From: Flavobacterium sp.
GTDB lineage: Bacteria > Bacteroidota > Bacteroidia > Flavobacteriales > Flavobacteriaceae
Direction: 5' to 3'
Length of the DNA: 45,703 bases
Assembly: GCA_046293575.1 (NCBI GenBank)
Contig: JBKBOP010000001.1
Span: 1 to 45,703 of the forward strand
Below, piece by piece: positions 7,376-16,837 of the stretch (positions are counted from its first letter, which is position 1; every line of letters starts with the position of its first letter). The notes beneath the pieces are model-generated. The model was not told the origin of the DNA. It saw nothing but the letters and a program-made list of their open reading frames with translations, and did no database searches. Both the position numbers and the translations under genes were made by a program.

Positions 7376-10195
7376 TTATAAAGAAAATGTTAAGATGAAT
7401 TTAGTTCCAATACCCACTTTGGTTTCAACATCAATGGTGCCGCCCATGGCTTCCATTTGATTTTTAACCATAAACAAACCCAATCCACTACTGGAAATAG
7501 TTCTATGAAACACCCTATGCATGTTGAAAAGTTTGTCTTTTTTATTACCTTCTAAATTGATTCCAAGTCCATTATCTTCTATCTCAAGAATGATTGCATT
7601 TTTAATTCTTTCTGCTCTAAATATAACTTCACATCTTTTATTTGGATTTCTAAATTTCAATGCATTAGATAGTAAATTATATACAATACTCTCGAAATAG
7701 GCATCATTAAAGCTAATAACAACGTCATTTGTAACTGTATTTTGTACAACTGCATCAATGTTAGAAATAACTTGCTTTTGGTTATTTATAGCCTCTTCTA
7801 TGGCTTGATATAGACTAAGCTGAGATTTATTAATTTCATTTTCAGGATTACCAACTGTGAGTTGATTTAGATTACCCAAGGTGTGGTTGAGTTGATCTGC
7901 TACATCTTTAATCATGAGGTAATATTCTTCTTTTTCATCTGGGCATGAAGTTTTTTCTATCAAATGACTTATTGCCAAAATGTTTGAAGAATGAGAACGA
8001 AGGTTATGTGATACAATATGAGAGAAATTTAGTAATCGTTTGTTTTGGTTGAATAATATTTCGTGGGATTTGCTTAAATCTTCTTGGATTTCTTTGAACT
8101 TTGTAATTTCAACCATGATTCCCCTTACAGATCTTACTTTATCTTCTTTTAAAGTTACACTTACATAATCTCTCACCCAAACATAAGAGTCATCTTTTGC
8201 TTTTATTCTATATTCTTGGGTAAAGTTTTCATCTTTATTACAACGTTTATAAAATTCTTTTACAATACTCTCATTTTCATCTGGATGTATCCGATTCTGC
8301 CAAAAATTATAGTCAGCCATCCACTCCTGTGTTGAATAACCTAATATGGCTTTTACCTTTTCACTAACAAATACAGATTTAAAATCATCTCCCTCACATT
8401 CCCAAACAATACCATCAATGTCATTTAATAATGAGCTAATTTTTTCCTGGGAAGATATGATCAAAGTTTCTTGGTTTTTATTTTCAGTAATATCTTCTGT
8501 AGTTATAATAACTCTTCCATAGGTATCTTCATATCCTCTCATGACATTCCACCTGAAGTTTATATATTTTAAAGTTCCGTCAAGAGTTAAGGTGGTTGTT
8601 TCCGAACTAAAATGTAACTCATTAAAATGAATGCAAACCAGTTGTTGTACAAAGGCATCTATAGCACTTTCTGGAAATATGGTTGAGATATTTTTTAACA
8701 ATTCCTCTTTAGAAGATGCATCATGTAAAAATAAACAGGCACGGTTGACCTCTATTATTTTTAGTTTTTCAATACAATTTTGTAAAATATGGAGATTGTC
8801 ATAAAAATAATTCTCAACTTCATGTTTTGAAAATCCCTTTATCTGAAGTGTATTTAGGTAAGATTTTATTTCAGAAAAGTCTTCTTCCCACATAGGTACT
8901 GGAGAATCATGAAACAAACTTTCATACCTTTTTCTAATTTCCTCATTTTTAGCCTCAACAATTTTTCTTTCGTTAATATTTTCAATAATCACCAAATAAT
9001 GATCCACTTCATTTTGTACATTGGTGAGTCCAGTAACACTTAAATTCACCCAAATTAAGGAGCCATTATTATGTTTAAACTGTTTTTCTGAAGTAAAATA
9101 TTTTAGTTTTTTATCTCTAATTTTTTGTAATTCAGAAGTGTCACATTCTGATTTTTCAGATAAACATAGTTCTGAAAAACATATATTTAAAAGATGATCT
9201 CTATCATAACCAAGCATGGAGCAAACGTGGTGATTCGCAAGCAAAATATTCTGGTTCTTTACATCCATTTTTAAAATTCCGATAGCCGCTTCATTAAAAA
9301 TAGCTTCGAAAAGTTTCTCGTTTTCAATTATTTTTTGATTTTGAATGATAATCGTTTTTTCTAAACTATCCGATTTTTTAAAAAACTGATTAACTGCTCG
9401 CAAAAGGAATAATAGAATAGTTAAAAGGAAAAGTGCTTCGAGAAAAAGTTCATATATAAAATCTGTATTATTTTTTTCAATGATGTACAATCTCCAACCT
9501 TCATTAGTGAGGTCTGATTTTACATGTTTACAAGTATCGGGACGTTGGTTATTTTCAATAAAAAACACCTCTTCGCCAGAAATCGGATTAATCTTAGAAA
9601 ATTGAACATTGTATTTTTCATTTTCCCAACTCGAGATACCTGTCACTTCTAAAAATGTGGACATTTTAATAACCACTGCTGAAAAACCCCAAAACTTATT
9701 GTTCTTAGTCACGGGTATTCTCCCAACGATACCAGTGCCTCCCTGAATTAAAGGTAAAGGCCCTGAAAACAACACCCTATTTTCATCTTTTGTCTTTTGG
9801 GCTTCTATGGAAATTGATGGGGAAATTGTTTTTCCCAAAATATCATAACCCAATGCAGCTTCGTTACCTTCTAACGGATAAACATATTGAATAATGCCTT
9901 GAGGAACCAGTTGAATGATATCAACTTCAGTGTTATGTTTCAGTAATTCGCGAGCAACTTCTTCAAAGTTTTCAGGCTCACCTTGATCGTTTATCGTCAT
10001 GGCAATGGTGAGACAAGTTGTGTAGCTATTTCTTAATGTTTGCTCTACCCTTTCTTTTGTATTCAGAAGATAAAAGTTCATCAGATTTGACCTTTCTTCT
10101 TCTTTGATTGTGAAACGCATAAAAGCAACTGTAATTATAACAAGTATTATAACTACAACAGATAACCACTTCATTTTTCTATTATTCAATTTCAT
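7376..10195 (-). CDS. CHASE/PAS sensor histidine kinase
   Basis: TM, then CHASE-like (YVYPLEGNEAALGYD, GPLPLIQGG, FWGF), TM, several PAS/PAC (IHPDE, WVRD), SHNLRS H-box, NLLSNALKF, DNGLGI, GLGL. Confidence 0.9.
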   Translation of the reverse strand: MKLNNRKMKWLSVVVIILVIITVAFMRFTIKEEERSNLMNFYLLNTKERVEQTLRNSYTTCLTIAMTINDQGEPENFEEVARELLKHNTEVDIIQLVPQGIIQYVYPLEGNEAALGYDILGKTISPSISIEAQKTKDENRVLFSGPLPLIQGGTGIVGRIPVTKNNKFWGFSAVVIKMSTFLEVTGISSWENEKYNVQFSKINPISGEEVFFIENNQRPDTCKHVKSDLTNEGWRLYIIEKNNTDFIYELFLEALFLLTILLFLLRAVNQFFKKSDSLEKTIIIQNQKIIENEKLFEAIFNEAAIGILKMDVKNQNILLANHHVCSMLGYDRDHLLNICFSELCLSEKSECDTSELQKIRDKKLKYFTSEKQFKHNNGSLIWVNLSVTGLTNVQNEVDHYLVIIENINERKIVEAKNEEIRKRYESLFHDSPVPMWEEDFSEIKSYLNTLQIKGFSKHEVENYFYDNLHILQNCIEKLKIIEVNRACLFLHDASSKEELLKNISTIFPESAIDAFVQQLVCIHFNELHFSSETTTLTLDGTLKYINFRWNVMRGYEDTYGRVIITTEDITENKNQETLIISSQEKISSLLNDIDGIVWECEGDDFKSVFVSEKVKAILGYSTQEWMADYNFWQNRIHPDENESIVKEFYKRCNKDENFTQEYRIKAKDDSYVWVRDYVSVTLKEDKVRSVRGIMVEITKFKEIQEDLSKSHEILFNQNKRLLNFSHIVSHNLRSHSSNILAISHLIEKTSCPDEKEEYYLMIKDVADQLNHTLGNLNQLTVGNPENEINKSQLSLYQAIEEAINNQKQVISNIDAVVQNTVTNDVVISFNDAYFESIVYNLLSNALKFRNPNKRCEVIFRAERIKNAIILEIEDNGLGINLEGNKKDKLFNMHRVFHRTISSSGLGLFMVKNQMEAMGGTIDVETKVGIGTKFILTFSL

Positions 10196-12056
10196 TTTCT
10201 GATTTTAACGGTAAACAAACTATAAAATCAGAACCTTTTTGAGGTGTACTTCTGATTTCTAATTTTCCAGATTCTTTTTTCAATAATTGTTTGACAAGTA
10301 ACATTCCTAATCCGGTTCCACTCTCGTTATAGGTACCTAGTTTGGATGGCATTGCTGTGACCGAATGAAGAATTAAGTCAATTTCTTCTTGGTTGAGACC
10401 GCTGCCAAAGTCTTTAAAATGAACTCTAATTTCAGTTTTAGTTAGTTCGGTAAAAATTTTTATTTTTTGGTTTGTATTGCTGAATTTTATAGCATTACCC
10501 AATAAATTTTGAAATATTATTTGAAGATGTGTTTTGTCTGAAACTATATCTGGTATTTCAATTTCTGAAAACTGAATTGAAATATTTTTTAACTCACAGT
10601 TTAGCTTTACGTTTTTGATTACTTCCTTTAAAACTTCGTTTAAGTTTATCAACTCTTTCGTTGAAAGGGAAGATTTTAATTGGTTTTGAGCCCAATACAC
10701 CATATTGTTGACCATACCAATGGTTTCCACCACTTGTGGATGTAATTTCTCTAATAACTCATCTCGCTCTTGACGGTCTAATATCTTTTCTTTAAAGAGT
10801 TTAAGAACTTGTTCTATTGCAACAAGCGGACTTCGAAAATCATGAGACAGTGTTGAAAGAAGTCTGTTTTTCAACTCATTAAGGTTTTCAAGAGACTCAT
10901 TTTGATTGGCAATATTTTCGTTGCTTAATTTTAGTTTTTTACTTAGACTGTTTTTAGTTTTAGCATAATTAAACATCAAATACAATGCGATTAAGAACAA
11001 CACACTAACTATCAAAGAAAGATAAGTTATCGTTTTACTATTTTTGAGCTGCTTTTCAATACTTGCATTATCCATTTTAAGCAACTCATTTTCATTTTCT
11101 TTCTTTTGTAGTTGTAAATATTTTATTTTTCGAACTACATTTTCATCTATAACAGAATCTTTATAGGTATTGTGTAGTTCCAAATATTCAAAAGCCTTTT
11201 TATAATTACCCTTGCTTTTTTGAACTTTACTTAAAATCTCATAGCATTTAAAAATTTCCCATTTTGAAGGAATTTTTTGTGCAAGTTGTAATGAGGCATT
11301 GGCATATTCATCTGCCTTATTCCATTCATCTTTGACCATATAATATTCTGCCAACATTCTATTTAGAAAAGTAAGCTCCCAAGTATTCATTGGTTCGGGA
11401 TGATTTTTCAATGCATCAAAATATACCTTAGCAGAATCTGGTAGGTTTTGAATTAACATAAGTTCTGCAAAACGATTCAATACCATGTGTTGTGTTCTAG
11501 ATCGCTTATGTTTGATGGAAAGTTCTAAAGATTTATTAAGATAAATTGCAGAGGAATCTAATTGTTTTATTTCCATATGAGCGATACCCAAATTGAAATA
11601 ATTAGCTGCATTCATATATTCCTGTTTTTCAGTCTTGATTTTTGAAGCTTTTTGGAAATAATGTATCGATGAATGATAATTTTCTAAACCCATCTCAACC
11701 AAACCAAGACCAGTGATACACTTAGCTAGTTGAGCATCATCATTCAAATCTTCAAAACCATCCATAGCAAACAAAAAATTCTCTAAAGCTAGGTCGTAAT
11801 CTGCCGACACATAATGGACAGTGCCTTTTGAGTAAGCAATTTCGTATTCTAAAGAAGTGTCTGAGGAGTTTTTAAGGAGTTTTTCTGCTTTTTCTAAATA
11901 TGCTAATGAAGTATTCTTATTTTCAAAAAGATAGTCTTTACTTTTCTGAATATAGATGCGAATACTATCTTCTTGGCTGTATGCCCGATGATTAGCTGAA
12001 ATTAATACAAAAAAAAACAAAACTAACGTCTTTCTTTGTGTGTAGGTTTTTAGCAT
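10182..12056 (-). CDS. TPR-repeat sensor histidine kinase
   Basis: Signal peptide, periplasmic TPRs, one TM, SHDFRSP, NLLGNAIKF, DFGSG, GTGLG. Confidence 0.9.
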   Translation of the reverse strand: MLKTYTQRKTLVLFFFVLISANHRAYSQEDSIRIYIQKSKDYLFENKNTSLAYLEKAEKLLKNSSDTSLEYEIAYSKGTVHYVSADYDLALENFLFAMDGFEDLNDDAQLAKCITGLGLVEMGLENYHSSIHYFQKASKIKTEKQEYMNAANYFNLGIAHMEIKQLDSSAIYLNKSLELSIKHKRSRTQHMVLNRFAELMLIQNLPDSAKVYFDALKNHPEPMNTWELTFLNRMLAEYYMVKDEWNKADEYANASLQLAQKIPSKWEIFKCYEILSKVQKSKGNYKKAFEYLELHNTYKDSVIDENVVRKIKYLQLQKKENENELLKMDNASIEKQLKNSKTITYLSLIVSVLFLIALYLMFNYAKTKNSLSKKLKLSNENIANQNESLENLNELKNRLLSTLSHDFRSPLVAIEQVLKLFKEKILDRQERDELLEKLHPQVVETIGMVNNMVYWAQNQLKSSLSTKELINLNEVLKEVIKNVKLNCELKNISIQFSEIEIPDIVSDKTHLQIIFQNLLGNAIKFSNTNQKIKIFTELTKTEIRVHFKDFGSGLNQEEIDLILHSVTAMPSKLGTYNESGTGLGMLLVKQLLKKESGKLEIRSTPQKGSDFIVCLPLKSENEIE

Positions 12057-12076
12057 TTTACTAGACTCTGGGAATC

Positions 12077-12084
12077 CAAAAGTA
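12077..12084 (-). promoter_or_regulatory. Bacteroidota sigma-A -7 element
   Basis: TACTTTTG on minus strand, about 20 nt upstream of ATG 12056. Confidence 0.6.
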
Positions 12085-12288
12085 AAATTATTTTTTTAAG
12101 TGTTGTTCATAATAACTTTTTAAACTCAATTTTAACATTTTAACTTCAAGTAGGGTCTCAATTTTATAAAGAATTGAAAACCAACACTAAATATTTTTTT
12201 CGATTGCCAAATACACTTATTTTATAAGAACACATCTATAACCCCACAAAAACATCCTGTTTTTGTATGTTTTTTGTATTTTTAAAAC

Positions 12289-12873
12289 ATGAAAAATCCA
12301 GAAATCTCTAATTTAAAATCAGAAATTCTCCATCAAGGTAGGTTTATTTATAAACAAGTTTCCTTTGACTATGAATCTATAAAACACAAAAAACAAAAGC
12401 TCACCCGACTCGTGTTTGATCGTGGCAACGGAACCGCAATATTGTTATACAACCTTGAAAAACAATCCGTCATTTTGATTAGTCAATTTAGATTACCAGC
12501 ACTTCTCAATCACCATCCCACTGGTATGCTAATTGAAGCTTGTGCAGGAACGCTAGAAGAAACCAATCCAGAAGATTGTATCAGAAGAGAAGCAGAAGAA
12601 GAAACCGGCTACCGTATTGGAAAGGTAGAAAAAATAATGGAAGTGTTTATGTCGCCCGGTGCCATGACCGAAAAGCTTTTTCTTTTTTCAGCATCCTATG
12701 AACCTGATATGAAAGTTAGTGACGGCGGAGGTTTAGAAGAAGAGCACGAAGATATAGAAGTGTTAGAAATTCCCTTTCATAAAGCCATAGAGATGATGAA
12801 AAAGGGAGAGATTGAAGATGCTAAATCAGTATTGTTGCTTCAACACGCACAATTGCATATTTTTAACCAATAA
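12289..12873 (+). CDS. nudK: Nudix hydrolase, GDP-mannose pyrophosphatase NudK-like
   Basis: DRGNG..ILLYN, QFRLP, EACAG..E..CIRREAEEETG Nudix box, SPG, GGG.EEE.EDIEV, DAKS. Confidence 0.82.
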   Translation: MKNPEISNLKSEILHQGRFIYKQVSFDYESIKHKKQKLTRLVFDRGNGTAILLYNLEKQSVILISQFRLPALLNHHPTGMLIEACAGTLEETNPEDCIRREAEEETGYRIGKVEKIMEVFMSPGAMTEKLFLFSASYEPDMKVSDGGGLEEEHEDIEVLEIPFHKAIEMMKKGEIEDAKSVLLLQHAQLHIFNQ

Positions 12874-12933
12874 AGATGCTCAATTAGTTTTCAACAATTT
12901 GAAAATTGAGAAAATTAAAGTTATAAATAGTAG

Positions 12934-12941
12934 TACTTTTG
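12934..12941 (+). promoter_or_regulatory. Bacteroidota sigma-A -7 element
   Basis: TACTTTTG followed by CC, about 22 nt before ATG 12964. Confidence 0.6.
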
Positions 12942-12963
12942 CCACCCATAAACATTGAAAATT

Positions 12964-13497
12964 ATGATTTATAAAATTCGAGTTATCCTCGATGCCGAAG
13001 AGGATGTATTCAGAGATATCGCCATTGAAAATGACAACACCTTAGAGGATTTGCACAATACTATCGTAAATGCTTTTGGTTTTGAAACTGGAGAAATGGC
13101 TTCGTTTTTTACCTGTGATGACAACTGGAATCAAGAGGATGAAATTCCTTTGTTTGATACTGGTGAGGAACCCGGAGAAACAAGAACTATGGCAGATTTT
13201 GCGTTGGAAGATCTACTCTATGAAAAGCAAACTAAAATTATCTATCTATATGATTTCTTCAACTTATGGACCTTTTTTGTAGAACTCGCTTCTATGGAGG
13301 AAACTAAAATTGGTGAAACCTATCCTCAGTTATTATTTGCTCATGGTGTACTTCCTGAACAAGCACCAGAAAAAGAATTTGAAGGCGATGATAATGTCTT
13401 TTCAGAGTTTGAAGACGATTTAGATGATGATGATTTAGACATTTTTGGAGGAGACGATTCTTTTGAAGATATGGGCTTTGAGGAAAACTGGAACTAA
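12964..13497 (+). CDS. Plasmid pRiA4b ORF-3-like (IS1096 passenger TnpR-like) acidic protein
   Basis: FRDI.I...TLEDLH..I..AFGF and YLYDFF..WTFFVEL motifs; very acidic tail. ATG 12964 preferred over TTG 12955. Confidence 0.75.
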   Translation: MIYKIRVILDAEEDVFRDIAIENDNTLEDLHNTIVNAFGFETGEMASFFTCDDNWNQEDEIPLFDTGEEPGETRTMADFALEDLLYEKQTKIIYLYDFFNLWTFFVELASMEETKIGETYPQLLFAHGVLPEQAPEKEFEGDDNVFSEFEDDLDDDDLDIFGGDDSFEDMGFEENWN

Positions 13498-13509
13498 TGG
13501 GGTTTTGTT

Positions 13510-13566
13510 TCAAGTTTCAGGTTTGCTTCGCCAATCGCCCTTTGGGCTCGTGTCAAGTTTCAGGTT
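13510..13566. repeat. Short REP-like element: 14-bp direct repeats around a GC-rich core
   Basis: TCAAGTTTCAGGTT at 13510-13523 and 13553-13566 flanking TGCTTCGCCAATCGCCCTTTGGGCTCGTG. Confidence 0.65.
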
Positions 13567-13599
13567 GTTAGTTCTAATTTTTAAATTAAAATTTTCTCA

Positions 13600-14658
13600 A
13601 TGATTAATTTATTCAATGCCCACATAGAAAAACTTTCTATTCACAGAGTAGGAAACAAAAGTAGAAATGAAGCTATTTTTCTTTCTGAAAAACCATGTGC
13701 ACTTAATGATGAACTTACACCACTTCTCAAAGAATATTTTTTAAAGCCTTTTAGAGAGAAAGAAGAAAATTATTATCAGTTTGCTCATGAGGTAGATTTA
13801 GAATACCACGATGTATTCAAAATGGCCAGTGAGGTTTTTACAAATCCTGATCAGGCACACGAAGTTTCAAAAAAAATAACTACCCATTTATTTGAGCAAT
13901 CCAATCACCCTCATATCAAAAATGGTGAAGTGTATGTTGCTTATTTATCAAATGTAGTCATCGATAATCAAAATGTGGATGCCATAGGTATTTTCAAAAG
14001 TGAGATTCAAACTGATTTTTTACAGTTTCAAGAAAATGATAAAAACCTTGAAATGTTGCTTCAACACGGCATCAACCTCAACAAACTTGATAAAGGATGT
14101 CTGATTTTTAATCACAAAAAAGAAGAAGGTTATAAAGTGCTAACCATTGATAGCAATCGTTATGATGCCCGGTATTGGTTAGAGCATTTTCTAAATGTCG
14201 ATGTCTTTCAAGACGAAACCTTTATGACTAAAAAGTATTTGAAATTCTGTCAAGATTTTGCAAAAGATGTAATTCTTCCCGCCGAGGATAAGAAAGAAGA
14301 GGTCATGTTTATGAATCGGTCTATGAATTTTTTTGCTAAAAACGATGAATTTGAAGAAACCAAATTCTTGAATGAAGTGATAGATAATCCAGATTTAATT
14401 CCAGAATTTAAAAATTATAAGGTGGATAAAGGTCAAAAATATTCCATTGAAGATGTGTCTCAATTTCCAATTGCCAATCATGCTGTTACTGATGCAAGAA
14501 AGAAAATGAAAAATGTTATTCACCTTGACACCAATATTCAAATCAAACTTGATTTTATCAATCCAGAAAGTGCAGAAAAATTTGTTGAAAAAGGTTGGGA
14601 TGAAGAAAAACAAATGTATTATTATTTGGTGTACTTCAATAAAGAGCAAAAAAGCTAG
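13600..14658 (+). CDS. Nucleoid-associated protein (YejK/NdpA, NA37 family)
   Basis: IHRVGNK, LFEQSNHPHIKNGEVYV, GIFKSE, LDKGCLIFN, YW..FL motifs of Bacteroidota NA37 proteins. Confidence 0.85.
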   Translation: MINLFNAHIEKLSIHRVGNKSRNEAIFLSEKPCALNDELTPLLKEYFLKPFREKEENYYQFAHEVDLEYHDVFKMASEVFTNPDQAHEVSKKITTHLFEQSNHPHIKNGEVYVAYLSNVVIDNQNVDAIGIFKSEIQTDFLQFQENDKNLEMLLQHGINLNKLDKGCLIFNHKKEEGYKVLTIDSNRYDARYWLEHFLNVDVFQDETFMTKKYLKFCQDFAKDVILPAEDKKEEVMFMNRSMNFFAKNDEFEETKFLNEVIDNPDLIPEFKNYKVDKGQKYSIEDVSQFPIANHAVTDARKKMKNVIHLDTNIQIKLDFINPESAEKFVEKGWDEEKQMYYYLVYFNKEQKS

Positions 14659-14784
14659 TTCATTGTATTTCAGTTTGTTATTTTTACATAATAAACTTAC
14701 ATTTTAGTTAAATATTTGCATTTAATCGATATTTTTAATCACTTTGTCTTGATTTTCATAGCTTTAGCCTATAAACTTCAGCCT

Positions 14785-15024
14785 ATGAAATCTTTAAAGC
14801 CTACTTTTCAAAAAATGGGATCGCTAGTTTGTCATTTTAGCGGTCATAAATACAGAGTTGTTAAAGATGTTACCCATCACTTTCATGAATATGAGTGTAA
14901 GTGTTGCGGAAAACAAATGACCGATGATACTAAAGGAAGATTGATTATACTCACACCTGAAAGGAAAGAGATCAATGAAACCCTTCACCAACTATTCCAA
15001 AAAAGAAGGCAAATTGCAGTCTAG
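14785..15024 (+). CDS. Small Cys/His protein, DUF1660-like (possible Zn ribbon)
   Basis: C..SGHKY...EYECKCCGKQMT; ATG 14785 preferred over TTG 14716. Confidence 0.65.
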   Translation: MKSLKPTFQKMGSLVCHFSGHKYRVVKDVTHHFHEYECKCCGKQMTDDTKGRLIILTPERKEINETLHQLFQKRRQIAV

Positions 15025-15037
15025 TCTTTAACTAAAT

Positions 15038-15063
15038 TGTAACAAATTTTCAAAGAGGTCGTC
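15038..15063 (+). promoter_or_regulatory. Candidate ECF sigma-factor promoter
   Basis: TGTAAC (15038-15043) N16 CGTC (15060-15063), 22 nt before the ABC start codon. Confidence 0.6.
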
Positions 15064-15085
15064 CTATCTTCTAAAAGACCTTATT

Positions 15086-15979
15086 TTGGAAAAAATACTT
15101 TCTATTCAAAATCTACATAAACGTTACAAAAACGTTCATGCTGTTGACAACCTTTCTTTAGATATACACAAAGGAAATGTCTATGGACTATTGGGTCCCA
15201 ATGGTAGCGGAAAATCAACTACTTTAGGCATGGTTCTCAATGTCGTCAATAAGACTTCTGGTGATTATCAGTGGTTTGATGGTGCTTTAAACACCCACGA
15301 AGCCCTAAAAAAAGTTGGAGCCATTATCGAGCGTCCCAACTTTTATCCCTACATGACCGCCCGAGAAAACTTGGCATTGGTTACAAAAATTAAAGGTATT
15401 TCCAACGAAAAAATTATAGAGAAACTCTCATTAGTGGGATTGGATGATAGAGCCGACAGTAAATTCAGAACTTTTTCGCTGGGGATGAAACAACGTTTAG
15501 CCATTGCTTCTGCCCTTCTCAATGATCCAGAAATATTAATACTTGACGAACCTACAAATGGTTTAGACCCAAATGGTATTCGTCAAATTCGTGATTTAAT
15601 TAAGGAAATCGCTTCTAAAGGAACAACTATTCTATTAGCATCACACTTATTGGACGAAGTGGAAAAAGTGTGCAGTCATGTAGTGGTGCTTCAAAAAGGA
15701 AAGATGTTGTATTCAGGACCCGTTCATGAACTCACTGATAAAAAAAGTGTTTATGAAGTGAAGGCAAAAGATATACAACAACTTGAAGAAAAACTACAAA
15801 ATCACCCAGACATTGAAAATGTGAATCACGATGGAGATGTATTGGTCGTTACTTTTAAAACGGCTCAAAACGCTACCCATCTCAATAAATTCTGTTTTGA
15901 TCAAGGAATTATACTTGAGCATTTAAAAGAAAGAAAAATAAGCTTGGAGGAACAATTCCTTAAACTCACTCAAAATTAA
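15086..15979 (+). CDS. ABC transporter ATP-binding protein (BcrA/ABC-2 type)
   Basis: GPNGSGKS, FSLGMKQRL, ILDEPTNGLD, SHLL; TTG start. Confidence 0.93.
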   Translation: MEKILSIQNLHKRYKNVHAVDNLSLDIHKGNVYGLLGPNGSGKSTTLGMVLNVVNKTSGDYQWFDGALNTHEALKKVGAIIERPNFYPYMTARENLALVTKIKGISNEKIIEKLSLVGLDDRADSKFRTFSLGMKQRLAIASALLNDPEILILDEPTNGLDPNGIRQIRDLIKEIASKGTTILLASHLLDEVEKVCSHVVVLQKGKMLYSGPVHELTDKKSVYEVKAKDIQQLEEKLQNHPDIENVNHDGDVLVVTFKTAQNATHLNKFCFDQGIILEHLKERKISLEEQFLKLTQN

Positions 15980-15984
15980 ATTTC

Positions 15985-16821
15985 ATGCTACGATTATTTC
16001 AAATTGAATTTCAAAAAATATGGAAAAGTAGAGCTGGAAAAATATTGACACTCTCCTATTTTGTCATTTTAAGTTTACTTTCCGTTTTAGCTTTTATAGA
16101 TTTTAATCTTATTGGAATTGACTTCAAACTGGCTGATATGGGCATTTTTAATTTCCCTTACATCTGGCATTTCAATACTTATTTGGCTGCTATACTGAAA
16201 CTTTTTTTAGCCATTGTCATTGTTTCGATGATGTCAAATGAATATTCTTATGGCACACTAAAACAAAATCTTATTGATGGACTTAGCAAAAAAGAATTTA
16301 TACTCTCAAAGTTTATTACCGTTGTATTTTTTGCTCTCATTTCAACCTTTTTTGTGTTTTTAGTCTCATTAATTATTGGTCTCACGTTTTCATCCTATAC
16401 CGAACCATCCATTGTCTTTAGTGGGTTGTCTTACCTGCCTGCCTATTTTCTAAAACTAACGGCTTTCTTTTCGTTTTGTCTTTTTCTGGGGATTTTAGTA
16501 AAACGTTCCGCTTTTGCCTTAGGATTTTTGTTTGTTTGGAATATACTCGAATTAATTCTCATGGGGTTAATTGGAAAGTATTTTACAACCAAAGAAATGG
16601 CTTATCAAATCTATGGTTTTTTCCCACTTGAATCGATGAGCCGTTTGATTGTAGAACCTTTTTCAAGATTGTCAGCCATCAAAAACATTGAACAGGCAGT
16701 TAGTGGAGCAAATAGTGTAAAAAATTATGACGTATCAATCATGACGGTTTTAATTGTGTTGACTTGGACTGTTATATTCGTGTTAATGTCTTATAAAATA
16801 CTTCAAAAAAGGGATTTGTAG
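15985..16821 (+). CDS. ABC-2 transporter permease
   Basis: About 6 TM helices; EYSYGTLK..L..G.SK...LSK motif; ends KRDL. Confidence 0.9.
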   Translation: MLRLFQIEFQKIWKSRAGKILTLSYFVILSLLSVLAFIDFNLIGIDFKLADMGIFNFPYIWHFNTYLAAILKLFLAIVIVSMMSNEYSYGTLKQNLIDGLSKKEFILSKFITVVFFALISTFFVFLVSLIIGLTFSSYTEPSIVFSGLSYLPAYFLKLTAFFSFCLFLGILVKRSAFALGFLFVWNILELILMGLIGKYFTTKEMAYQIYGFFPLESMSRLIVEPFSRLSAIKNIEQAVSGANSVKNYDVSIMTVLIVLTWTVIFVLMSYKILQKRDL

Positions 16822-16837
16822 TATCTTTGCAACTGCT

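Noticed and set aside
12964-13497. Mobile element suggested by the pRiA4b/IS1096-passenger family name
   Set aside because: No transposase, terminal inverted repeats or integrase nearby.
13507-13566. CRISPR mini-array
   Set aside because: Only two 14-bp repeats, too short, and no cas genes.
14785-15024. Prophage suggested by the DUF1660-like protein
   Set aside because: Isolated gene with no phage structural, replication or integration genes.
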